Part shown: piece by piece, positions 25,203-36,282 of the stretch
How positions within the stretch are numbered: the first letter of the stretch is position 1
How the letters are laid out: each line of letters starts with the position of its first letter
DNA from: Mobula hypostoma
Lineage: Eukaryota
Direction: 5' to 3'
Assembly: GCF_963921235.1 (NCBI RefSeq)
Contig: NC_086108.1
Span: forward strand, 92,816,001 to 92,880,000
Length of the DNA: 64,000 nucleotides
Notes under the pieces: generated by a model
Told to the model about the DNA's origin: nothing
Seen by the model: the letters and a program-made list of their open reading frames with translations, nothing else
Database searches by the model: none
Position numbers and translations under genes: made by a program

Positions 25203-26970
25203 AGAAACATAGAAAACCTACAGCACAATACAGGCCCTTCGGCCCACAAAGCTGTACCGAACACGTCCTTACCTTAGAACTACCTAGGCTTACCCATAGG
25301 ACTCTATTTTTCTAAGCTCCATGTGCCTATCCAGGACTCTCTTAAAAGACCCTATCGTTTCCGCCTCCATCACCGCCGCTGGTAGCCCATTCCATGCATT
25401 CACTACTCTCTGCGTAAAAAACTTACCCCTGACATCTCCTCTGTACCTACTTCCAAGCACCTTAAAATATGCCCTCTCGTGCTAGCTATTTCTGCCCTGG
25501 ATAAAAGTCTCTGACTATCCACACAATCAATGCCTCTCATTATCTTGTACACCTCTATCAGGTCACCTCTCATCCTCCGTCGCTCCAAGGAGAAAAGGCC
25601 AAGTCCACTAAACCTATTCTCATAAGGCATGCTTCCCAATCCAGGCAGCATCCTTGTAAATCTCCTCTGCACCCTTTCCATGGTTTCCACGTCCTTCCTG
25701 TAGTGAGGTGACCAGACTGAGCACAGTACTCCAAGTGGGGTCTGACCAGGGTCCTATATAACTGCAACATTACCTCTCAGCTCTTAAACTCAATCCCACG
25801 GTTGACGAAGGCCAATACACCGAATGCCTTCTTAACCAGAGAGTCAACCTGCCAGCAGCTTCGAGTGTCCTATGGACTCGGACCCCAAGATCCCTCTGAT
25901 CCTCCATACTGCCAAGAAACCTACCATTAATGCTATATTCTGCCATCATATTTGACCTACCAAAATGAACCACTTCACACTTTTCTGGGTTGAACTCCAT
26001 CTGCTACTTCTCAGTCCAGTTTTGCATCCTATCAATGTCTTGCTGTAACCTCTGACAGCCCTCCACAGTATCCACAACACCCCCAACCTTTGTGTCATCA
26101 GCAAATTTACTAACCCATCCCTCTTCTTCCTCATCCAGGTCATTTATAAAAATCATGAAGAGTAGGGGTCCCAGAACAGATCCCTGAAGCACATCACTGG
26201 GCACCGACCTCCATGCAGAATATGACCCGTCTACAACCACTCTTTGCCTTCTGTGGGCAAGCCAGTTCTGGATCCACAAAGCAATGTCCCATTGGATCCC
26301 ATGCCTCCTTACTTTCTCGATAAGCTTTGCATGGGATACCTTATCAAATGCCTTGCTAAAATCCATATACACTACATCTACAGCTCTACCTTCATCAATG
26401 TGTTTAGTCACATCCTCAAAAAATTCAGTCAGGCTCGTAAGGCACGACCTGCCTTTCACAAAGCCATGCTGACTATTCCTAATCATATTATGCCTCTCCA
26501 AATGTTCATAATTCCTGCCTCTCAAGATCTTCTCCGTCAACTTACCAACTACTGAAGAAAGACTCACTGGTCTATAATTTCCTGGGCTATCCCTACTCCC
26601 TCTTGGTCCCGGTGACTTATCCAACTTGATGCTTTCCAAAAACTCCAGCACATCCTCTTCCTTAATAACTACATGCTCAAGCTTTTCAGTCCACTGCAAG
26701 TTTTCCCTACAATTGCCAAGATCCTTTCTCGTAGTGAATACTGAAGCAAAGTATTCATTAAGTACCTCTGCCATCTCCTCTGGTTCCATACACACTTTTC
26801 CAATGTCACACTTGATAGGTCCTATTCTCTCACATCTTCTCCTCTTGCTCTTCACATACTTGTAGAATGCCTTGGGGTTTTCCTTAATCCTGTCCGCCAA
26901 GGCCTTCTCATGGCCCCTTCTGGCTCTCCTAATTTGATTCTTAAGCTCCTTCCTGCTAACCTTATAATCT
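25203..26970 (-). mobile_element. Young CR1 LINE (5'-truncated RT + 3' UTR) inserted in a Penelope terminal fragment
   Basis: ORF 26004-26900 with YMDFSKAFDKV, QGSVLGP and KFADDTK. Internal deletion at KSPGPRG|SRDSPGNYRP. ttctatgtttct tail. Confidence 0.9.
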
Positions 26971-27844
26971 TCACTTGCCCTATCACTTACTAGCCTGTAC
27001 TCTTCCCCTTCCTTTCCAGTCCTGGTCTCGGTCTAAAACATCGACTGTTTATTTCCCACCATAGATGCTGCCTGACTTGCTCAGTTCGTCCATGATTTCA
27101 TGTGCGAAAATGGTCCGAACAAGGCGACTGAGGATAACAGGTCTGATCACTTAAACGCACCCGAGGACACCATCAATCCTAATCACACTGTCACATGTGA
27201 TCATCTGTTATTTAATGTGGGACACACATTGACAACAGAGGACAGAAAATATATTCTTGCCCCAGGGCAAGAACATTTGCCTCCTCACTCACCCTGGCAC
27301 TGCCTTCACTAGCAGCAATATGTCAACTCTCACGGCAAACAGTCATTGATACGAAAGTGCAGCCCGGCATCTCGTCTTGAAAGTATTTCAATTTCACATC
27401 TCGCAATGTGAGAGTACCCTTTTTCTGAAGTAAGTTCACTGGACAAGATGTTCCCATACCAGAAGCAGATGACCAGCTGCTGCATCCCACAGCAATGTTA
27501 CAGCCCACAAACAATAATTGATCTCACAGCCAGATGGAGCACGTTGCTGCCAATAACATTATCGAAACAGAAACAAGCTGGATAAAAGTTAAGCCTTCAG
27601 AATCAAAGACAAAATAAATTATTAGCAGCTGGATTTAATTGAATATGACTTGCATTTTTTTTTAAAAAAGAAACATTATAGTTCATAGAGACCTTCCAAA
27701 TTGCACTCTAATGAAATGCATTGCCCTGAGCCACAGGATATAAAATATTTACTGTAAATGGTAACATTTCCTTTAAATAGATGGGGTATCTTGAAAAATA
27801 TCAGAAGGATTGGAAATGAATCCCATTCCCGGATCTTATCTTAC

Positions 27845-28001
27845 CTTTCCTTTTAGGCTGTTGTGAACGTACAGAAGAACAATCCGTGGAATCCTGACAA
27901 GAGTGATTATAAACGAGCCCTTAACAACCGTTCCCAGATGGTAATTAAAGAGCCTCGAAATAGAAGTGAGGATTGGGTGGCTGGGCAAATTGGTTTTGTC
28001 T
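27845..28001 (-). CDS. SLC44A3: SLC44A3 internal coding exon
   Basis: Acceptor tttcctcAG, donor GTaag. 157 bp, phase 2/0. Encodes (R)[52 protein letters not shown] with the CTL YHLGTVxKGS motif. Not in the ORF track; translated by hand. Confidence 0.94.
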
Positions 28002-29034
28002 CTGAGGAAAGAAATCAGTGATCATATATTAGTCTCAAGCCTGGAAAGAAATGAAGCATTGACGATGCCTGATGCATTAAATATGAGCTATGTTATTCCA
28101 TCAAAGATTAGATGTCTAAACAGTGTGGAACTGAGCCAGGAACACAGCAACATCCTCTTCTGAGCAGCCCGATGAATCGTTCTGGAGCTGGGGGCAACAG
28201 TTCAACTCAGGCCCCAGGGTGGATATAACATCACTAGAATTCTTGCTTCCATTGAAAGGTGTTCACGTTGTCAATTTTTAAAATTCATGGAGTATAATTT
28301 AGGATAATTAGAGTAAATTACAGAGTGATTTTTATTTAAAACACAGAGCAAGATGACTATGTGGAACACGCTGCCAGGGGTGATGGTAGAGGAAGGTACA
28401 TAACGGGCTTTTGAGAAACTCTTACGTTAGACACATGGATGATAGGATATTGAAGGGCTATGTAAGAAGGGTAGGTTAGATTGACCTTAGGAAGGGTTAT
28501 AAGGTCAGCAGAAAATAGTGGGCTGAAGGCTATGCACTCTGCTATAACGCTCTATGTTCAAGATGACTTTAGTACCAACATTGAAAGCAACTGAACATTG
28601 AAAGGCCTATAAAGTGTGGATGTGGAGAGGATGTTTCCTATCAAGGGGGAGTCTAAGACCAGAGGGACAAAACCTCAGAATACAAGGATGTCCCTTTAGA
28701 ACAGAGAAGGGGAGTAATTTCTTTAGCCAGAGGGTGGTGAATCAGTGGAATGCATTGCTGCAGATGGCTGTGAAGCCCATGCCGCCAAGTATACTTTTAA
28801 AGTAGAGTTTGACAGGTCCTTTCTTGATTAGTAAGGGCATCAAAGTTACAGGGAGAAGGCAGGAGAATGGGGATGAGATGAATGCTGGAATGGCAGGGCA
28901 GACACAATGAGCCAAATGGCCCAACTCTTGCTTCTATGTGCTAATGTCATTTGTTGAACAGATCAAACACTTTCAGGATCAATGTGCAAGGAATGGATCC
29001 GTGGTCAGAAACAGCCCACGGACAATAATTTAAT

Positions 29035-29325
29035 TTAGTTTAGTGATACACTGCTCAGTAGACCCTTCCGGCCCTTCGAACCGTGCTGCCCCAGCAACCT
29101 CAACAAACCTGATTAACCCTAACATAATCATGGGACAATTTACAATGACCAATTAACCAACCCACTGCATCTTTGGACTGTGGGAGGAAACCGGAGGACC
29201 AGAATGAAAGCCACACATTCCATGGGGAGGAGGTGCAGGGACTCCTCACAGAACAGCACCAGAATTGAACTCCAAACTCCAGACCGGTAACACCATTGGA
29301 CTAACCGCTACACTTAGCATGGTGC
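29035..29325 (-). mobile_element. tRNA-derived V-SINE variant
   Basis: B box gagttcaattc, ggtttcctcccacagtccaaag core; homologous to 33565-34228. Confidence 0.72.
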
Positions 29326-29766
29326 GATTTTTTTTTTAAAAAGATCATAACACTTAGAATGAAATTTCAGCCCATCAACAAACTGACATCCAGATCCCAA
29401 TCCATCAACATCTGTGCAACTGCATGCCAATCCATCATCACTTCCAGAACTGAGTCCATAAGCACCTTTGGAAAGGGATCACAGTCTGTCAGGAGCTGTG
29501 CATTCAGATCCCAGCCTCAGAGAATTTGTCTGATGCATCCAGATAGAACGCTTTCTATGGTGCACTGATAAATGCAAGATGCCAACTTTCTTTAGCCTCC
29601 TAAAATAGAGGCACTGTTGAACTTTCTTGGCTGTGACATCTAGGACAGGCTATTGGTTATGTTCATTCCTAGAAACTTGAAGCTCTCAACCCTTTTAATC
29701 TCAGCACCATTGCTAGAGAGAGGAGATGTGCGCTGCCACCTTTCCTGAAATCAATGACCAGATCTT

Positions 29767-30875
29767 CAAGCAACATACATCAAAGTTGCTGGTGAACGCA
29801 GCAGGCCAGGCAGCATCTGTAGGAAGAGGTGCAGTCGATGTTTCAGGCCGAGACCCTTCGTCAGGACTAACTGAAGGAAGAGTGAGTAAGGGATTTGAAA
29901 GTTGGAGGGGGAGGGGGAGATCCAAAATGATAGGAGAAGACAGGAGGGGGAGGGATAGAGCCAAGAGCTGGACAGGTGATAGGCAAAAGGGGATACGAGA
30001 GGATCATGGGACAGGAGGGCCGGGAAGAAAGACAAGGGGGGGGTGACCCAGAGAATGGGCAAGAGGTATATTCAGAGGGACAGAGGGAGAAAAAGGAGAG
30101 TGAGAGAAAGAATGTGTGCATAAAAATGAGTAACAGATGGGGTACGGGGGGAGGTGGGGCCTTAGCGGAAGTTAGAGAAGTCAATGTTCACGCCATCAGG
30201 TTGGAGGCTACCCAGACGGAATATAAGGTGTTGTTCCTCCAACCTGAGTGTGGCTTCATCTTTACAGTAGAGGAGGCCGTGGATAGACATGTCAGAATGG
30301 GAATGGGATGTGGAATTAAAATGTGTGGCCACTGGGAGATCCTGCTTTCTCTGGCGGACAGAGCGTAGATGTTCAGCAAAGCGGTCTCCCAGTCTGCGTC
30401 GGGTCTCGCCAATATATAAAAGGCCACATCGGGAGCACCGGACGCAGTATATCACCCCAGTCGACTCACAGGTGAAGTGATGCCTCACCTGGAAGGACTG
30501 TTTGGGGCCCTGAATGGTGGTAAGGGAGGAAGTGTAAGGGCATGTGTAGCACTTGTTCCGCTTACAGGGATAAGTGCCAGCAGGGAGATCAGTGGGGAGG
30601 GATGGGGGGGACGAATGGACAAGGGAGTTGTGTAGGGAGCGATCCCTGCGGAATGCAGAGAGAGGCGGGGAGGGAAAGATATGCTTAGTGGTGGGATCCC
30701 GTTGGAGGTGGCGGAAGTTACGGAGAATAATATGTTGGACCCGGAGGCTGGTGGGGTGGTAGGTGAGGACCAGGGGAACCCTATTCCTAGTGGGGTGGTG
30801 GGAGGATGGAGTGAGAGCAGATGTACGTGAAATGGGGGAGATGCCTTTAAGAGCAGAGTTGATAGTTGATAGAGT
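29767..30875 (-). mobile_element. Young 5'-truncated Penelope-like element (GIY-YIG endonuclease + 3' terminus with hammerhead motif)
   Basis: ORF 30162-30941 contains FTCESTGVIYCVRCSRCGLLYIGETRRRLGDRFAEH...HFNS...EQHLIFRLGSLQPDGVN. Hammerhead core at about 29833-29868 (-). 12-bp TSD tgaccagatctt (29755-29766 and 30876-30887) inside a Rex/Babar-like fragment. Confidence 0.93.
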
Positions 30876-31238
30876 TGACCAGATCTTTAGTTTTGCTGAC
30901 TTTGAGGGAAAGAGAATCTTTTCCCCAGTTGGAGATGTCAAACGTGAGGGGACATGCTTTTTAGGTTAGAGGGCGGAAGTCTAATGGCAACGTGAGGAGC
31001 AAGTTCTTTTTTTAAAAACACAGAGTGGTAGTTGTTTGGAAAAGGTTACCACGGGTAGTAGTGGAAATAGTGTGGTGGAGATTAAGAGACTTTTAGAGAG
31101 TTGCATGATTATGAAGAGAATGGAGGGATACTGATGGCACGCAGGAGGAAGACATTTACTGTAAATTGGCATCAAGACAGCACAACAACCTAGGCCGAAT
31201 GGCCTATCCAGGGCTGTACAGTTCTACATTCCTCCTAC

Positions 31239-31404
31239 CTGTTAAAGTAACAGCACACCACAGCCCCGGCGATGGTCATCTGCTGACAAGCAAGAATAAA
31301 CTCGCTGGTCCAGAGCAATCCAATTAAGTGATACCACCACACGTAGCGAATGCCAGACAGTGACCTGTATTCAACCTGGTTATCTGCGGTTACGTAAGCA
31401 TTAC
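31239..31404 (-). CDS. SLC44A3: SLC44A3 internal coding exon
   Basis: Acceptor tctcttctAG, donor GTagg. 166 bp, phase 1/2. Encodes (G)[54 protein letters not shown](R), the hallmark CTL WWYH...[11 protein letters not shown] motif. Confidence 0.95.
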
Positions 31405-32287
31405 CTAGAAGAGATTTTAAAAAAAAATGTAAAGTACAATGAATTAGAATCTCCAAACAACTGCATTTGAAAATGAGACAAAATAGTAAATGTAAAACAA
31501 AATATTTCAAAAATTGATAAGGATACTCAGCTGCAGTCGAAGGTACTTCAGCAAGGCTTGAACTCATTTAAATTCCACATACAAGTATTTACCATTCGCA
31601 CCATGGGGAAAATGAGAGAGTTGCTAGAAAGTATAACAATCTATTTGCTGTATTTTCCAATATTTTGTAGTAGACAAGCTTGCTCATATTAATAATAGTG
31701 AATATCTCTGACTGAGTTAAGCAAACCCCTACAGCACTTGGAAAGCAAGTCGTTTCTTGTGAAGCACATCGGAGTGCCCAAGAAGCAGCTACAGGGCTTT
31801 TCATGCAGAATGATGTGGATTCAATGAATACGTCAAAATTGGCAACTGATAGACCTTTTCATAACAGTTCTTTACACAGCAGAAACCCTGACAACTGTTA
31901 GGCTGTTCAGCTTCTTTAGCTTTGAACATAAACTATGGATGTACGAGACGCTTGGAGAGAGTAAGAGAAAGATTTGATGGTGGGGGATCGGTGATGAATA
32001 AGAATAAATGGGTTATTTGCCGGTTAGGAAGCTGCTTTCATTGTTGGAGCCCCAGCTGCTCACCATCTGTATCAGTGACATGGTAGAGGGAACCAAGTGT
32101 AATCTATTCAAATATGTAGATGACACAAAGCTACATGGCAAGGGGTGGAGATATTGGCAGGCGAGGTGAATCGGAAAGGGCTTGGCCGAGGTGTATAAAA
32201 TCACACAGGGTGATAGGGTGAACGTGCACAGTTTTTCCCAGGGCTGGGCATTCAAGAACTAGTGAGTAAAGGTTTTTAGGGTGAGAG

Positions 32288-32560
32288 GGGCGGCGCAGTA
32301 GTGTAGTAGTTAGCACAACGCTTTACCGTACAGGTGACCCGGGGTTCAATTCCCGCCGCTGAATGTAAGGAGTCTGTACATTCTCCCTGTGACCGCGTGG
32401 GTTTCCTCCGGGTGCTCCAGTTCCCTCCCACAGTCCAAAGACGTACTGGTTGGTAGGCTAATTGGTCATTGTAAATTGTCCTGTGATTAGGCTAGGGTCA
32501 AAATGGAATATTGCTGGGCAGTGCAGCTCGAAGGGTCTATTCCGCACTGTATCTCAATAA
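32288..32560 (+). mobile_element. tRNA-derived V-SINE (HE1-like), well preserved
   Basis: A box tagtgtagtag, B box ggttcaattcc, V-domain gcgtgggtttcctccgggtgctccag, AATAAA tail. Confidence 0.85.
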
Positions 32561-32589
32561 ATATTGAGATATTGAGAAATAAATATCTC

Positions 32590-33006
32590 AATATGAGAAT
32601 AGGTTGAGTGAACTCGGACTTTTCTCCTTGAAGCGATGGAAGATGAGAGGTGACCTGATAGAGGTGTATAAGATGATGAGAGGCACTGATCGTGTGGATA
32701 GTCAGAGGCTTTTTCCCAGGGCTGAAATGGTTGCCACAAGAGGACACAGGTTTAAGGTGCTGGGGAGTAGGTACAGGGGAGATGTCAGGGGTAAGTTTTT
32801 TTTAACTCAGAGAGTGGTGAGTGCGTGGAATGGGCTGCCAGCAACGGTGGTGGAGGCGGATACGATAGGGTCTTTTAAGAGATTTTTAGATAGGTACACG
32901 GAGCTTAGTAAAATAGAGGTCTATAGGTAAGCCTAGGACATGTTCGGCACAACTCTGTGGGCCGAAGGGCCTGTATTGTGCTGTAGGTTTTCTATGCTTC
33001 TATGTT
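32590..33006 (+). mobile_element. Young CR1 3' end
   Basis: ORF 32604-32930 LGLFSLKRWKMRGDLIEVYK...QRVVSAWNGLP, then a (ttctatg)n tail. Confidence 0.88.
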
Positions 33007-33153
33007 TTCTGAATAAATAAAACAGGAACCTGAGGTGCAACATTTTCCACCAAGAGGATTGTCAGCTTCCAGAACAAGCTGCCAGAAAAAGCGGGTACAT
33101 TAAAACCAGTTAAAAGGCACTTTGACAGGTACATGGATAGCAAAGGTTTAGAG

Positions 33154-33233
33154 CAAGGGTTCCCAACCTTTTTGATGCCATGGACCAACACCACTAAGCA
33201 AGGTGTCCACGGATCCCAGGCTGGGAAGCCCTG
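33154..33233. mobile_element. 80-bp hAT-Charlie-type MITE
   Basis: TIRs caagggttcccaacc / ggctgggaagccctg. 8-bp TSD-like gtttagag / gtctggag, resembling the Charlie NTCTAGAN preference. Confidence 0.72.
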
Positions 33234-33282
33234 GTCTGGAGAGATATGGGCCAAACACTGGCAACTGGGATTAGCTAAGAAG

Positions 33283-33431
33283 CTCAGCAGACACTGGAAA
33301 TCTGAGCAACGCACACAAAATGCTGGAGGAACTCAGCCCTGCTGAAGGGCTTTGGCCCGAAACGTCAATTGTGCTCTTCTCCTAGATGCTGCCTGGCCTG
33401 CTGAGTTCCTCCAGCATTTTGCGTGTGTTGC
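33283..33431. mobile_element. 149-bp fold-back Penelope mini-element with central hammerhead-like motif
   Basis: 36-bp inverted arms (33302-33337 and 33400-33435) around CTGCTGA-agggctttggccc-GAAAC-GTC. TSD ttagctaagaag / ttagctgagaag. Confidence 0.78.
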
Positions 33432-33564
33432 TTAGCTGAGAAGGGAATCTTTGTCAGCGGGGACCAGTTGGGCCAAAGGCCTTTTTACATGCTGTATGAT
33501 TATATTGAAAATATGGATCATCCATTTTGATGGAAGACAGAGAAATGTGGGTTATTTTACTTTA

Positions 33565-34228
33565 CGATTTAGCGCAGAGTGTTCCCTTTTGAGCCACACT
33601 ACCCCAGCAACCCCCGACAAACCCGATTAACCCTAGCCTAATCACGGGACAATTTACAATGACCAATTAGCCTACCCGCTATGTCTTTGGACTGTGGGAG
33701 GAAATCAGAGCACCCGGGGAAAACCCACGTATTCCACGGGTGTAGGAGCCGTGTATTCTATGTTGCGTGTTTATTATGTGTACTATAGCAACTAGTCACA
33801 TTAGTGGGGGCATGGTAAAAGCAAAGGGAATAAATTATGTATTCATGCTTATTTCAGGGCAGTTTGTAGCTTGGGACCGCTGAGGTCATACTTTTGCCGA
33901 CCGCTGAGATAATGCTCAATAATGCTTAATTGTATGTTTGCTAATTGCTAATAAGATATATAAAGGGTCAGAATAGGGAATGGAGAATCAGAATAAGGGA
34001 CTTGACTCTTTGGATTATTCCTTGGAGCTGTGGGCGTGTCAGGCAGGTATAACATCTCCATCTGGGGTTGTAGGCAGGTGGCAATTGTTTTGATTTTGGA
34101 TCAATTTTGCCGCTATAATACGGAAGGTGTACAGACCCCTTACCGATGGCGCTGGAATTGAACCTGCGCACGCTGGAACGCCACGAGCTGTAATAGTGTC
34201 ACGCTAAACGCTGGGCTACCGTAGCACC
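33565..34228 (-). mobile_element. V-SINE variant split by a solo LTR
   Basis: Both halves rejoin to match the SINE at 29035-29325. Confidence 0.72.
33741..34120 (-). mobile_element. Probable solo LTR (380 bp)
   Basis: Clean insertion into a SINE. Minus strand reads TA(TG-like)…CA with a TATA-like tttatata and AATAAA about 30 nt before the end. 4-bp flanks cggg / cgga. Confidence 0.62.
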
Positions 34229-34689
34229 CAAACTGTTCGGTGTGGATTACCTTTAAACATTGAAGAACTTAAAAATGTTGATGTTTAAGAGAGATCCAGA
34301 CTCTGTTCTGAGAATCACTAGAAGTTAATATGCAGGTGTAGCACATAGCTAGGAAGGCAAATGGTATTATGGCCTTTGGGATTAGAGTGGAACAGAAAAG
34401 ACATCTTATACCAATTAAACAAGGCTCTGATGAGACCACATCTGGAATACTGTGTGCTGGTTTGGTCCTCCTTTTTGAAGGATCTACTTGCAGTAGAGGG
34501 TTCACCAAAGGTTCACCAGAACAATTCTTGGAACGGTGGGTGAGAAGAATTTTCTTCACCAAGAGAGTAGCAAACCTGAACCTCTCCAGAGATGGACAGA
34601 TGGCATCAGTATATTCAAGACAGAGATTAATAGAGGAAGGAGGTGTGCTATTATGTGTGTACATAATAAAGAACTTCAGTTCTCAGTGT

Positions 34690-35322
34690 GCAACGCTGGA
34701 AACTGGGACATGATCTCCTCCTGTGTTGGCAGTTTAAAATGTTCTCTCTTGAAGACTATATTGAGATCCCTTGGGTCTAGACATCCCCAAAATGCTCCAC
34801 TTTTCTTTTGCACAGTGACCAGAGAGCTCACCCAATCTGGTGGTTCTTCGATTTTCTGCGTGACATTTATCCGTTCCATGCATGCTAGTTCTTGTTTGAG
34901 TTTGTATCTAAGTGCAAACAGAACTTACTGCACGCATAGACTACTGGAGAAACTGTCTCATCTACATGAATTTTGCATACACCAGTTAAGCATCCAAGCC
35001 CCTCAAAGTCATCTGCATACTCTTCTGTAAGTGAATTGTGGTTATCTTTAGTCTGTGAAGCCACTATGGAAACTCTTTCCACCAGGTTGAGCCTTTCAGA
35101 TTTAGTCAGACCTAATAATGGCTGTATTCTTTTTCCAACAATCAGTAGTTGTGCCTTTAGGTGCTCCCCCTTGTGCTTGAAGGTGATGATACAGCCCCCA
35201 CCCCCCATACTGGAACGTTCTCTCTAGTATAGCCTGTCACTTTTAACTTCACTGGGTAAATCTTGCTTTTTACTTTGAGAGTCTTGTAATCATCCATAGA
35301 CAACAGATTCACCTGGGCACAG
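34690..35322 (-). mobile_element. Gypsy LTR-retrotransposon protease/RT N-terminal fragment, inverted relative to the rest of the element
   Basis: AQVNLLS…LKVTGY, QPLLGL, EYADDFEGLGCL, EEPPDWVSSLVTVQKKSG…CLDPRDLN…REHFKLPTQEEI. Confidence 0.85.
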
Positions 35323-36282
35323 TGGTTAGCAGCACAGGGGCACCTCAGGGGATTGTCCTGTCCCCCTTCCTGTTCACCGTCTACACTTCGGACTTCAGAT
35401 ACAACTTGGAGTCCTTCCACCCGCAGAAGTTTTTGGACCATTTAGCAGTTGTGGACTGTATGAGCCAGGGTCAAGAGGGTGAGTACAGAAGAGTGGTGGA
35501 CAGCTTGGTTGAGTGGCGTGGGCTGAATCACCTGCAGCTCAACATCACTAAGACAAAGGAGTTGGTGGTGGACTTTAGCAAGGTGAAAACACCCGGCATT
35601 CCCATTTCCATCAAGGAAACGGACGTGGAAGTCGTCCGGGACTACAAATACTTGGGAACTGACCCGGACAATAAACTGGACTGAAAACACAGGGGCTCTG
35701 TTCAAAAAGGGACAGAGCAGACTGTACTCCCTGAGGAGGCTCTGGTCACTCAAAGTCTGCAGTGCTATGCTGCAGATGTTCTACGACTCAGTGGTGGCCA
35801 GCATTCTATTCTATGCTGTGGTCCATTGGAGCAGCAGGGTGAGAGCAGCTGATGCCAAGAGGATCGATAAGCTCATCAGGAGGGCTGGTTCTGTTCTGGG
35901 GGTGGGACTGGATTCCCTGTAGGTTGTGTCTGAGAGGAGGATGCTGGAGAAGGTACAGAGCCTTATGGACAATCCTTCTCACCCCCTCCATGGCATACTG
36001 GACAAACAGAGGAGCATCTTTAGTAACTGACTGATTCCACCGAGGGGCACCACTGAACGCTACTGGAGATCCTTTCTCCCTGTGGCTATAAGACTCCACA
36101 ACTCCTCCTCATTAAGTATATGGCTTCATTGCATAACTGCATTTTGCACTATTACTTTTTAATGCATATTTTGTATTCTTTTTTGTACAATGCTTACATT
36201 TGGTATTTTAAAGTATATATTTCTGACTGAGCAACCTTGCAACAATAATTTCCAAGATAAATAAAGTTTTATCTTATCTTAT
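35322..36282 (+). mobile_element. Rex1/Babar-clade LINE 3' portion
   Basis: STGAPQGIVLSPFLFTVYTSDFRYN…HLQLNITKTKELVVDF. Ends AATAAA plus a (tatct)n tail. Confidence 0.87.

Noticed and set aside
30876..30941. Apparent N-terminus of the 259-aa GIY-YIG ORF
   Set aside because: Lies outside the TSD-bounded element; fortuitous read-in from flanking DNA, not a domesticated gene.
32288..32360. tRNA gene-like sequence with A/B boxes
   Set aside because: It is a SINE head followed by a V-domain; no complete cloverleaf, and many diverged copies occur in the window.
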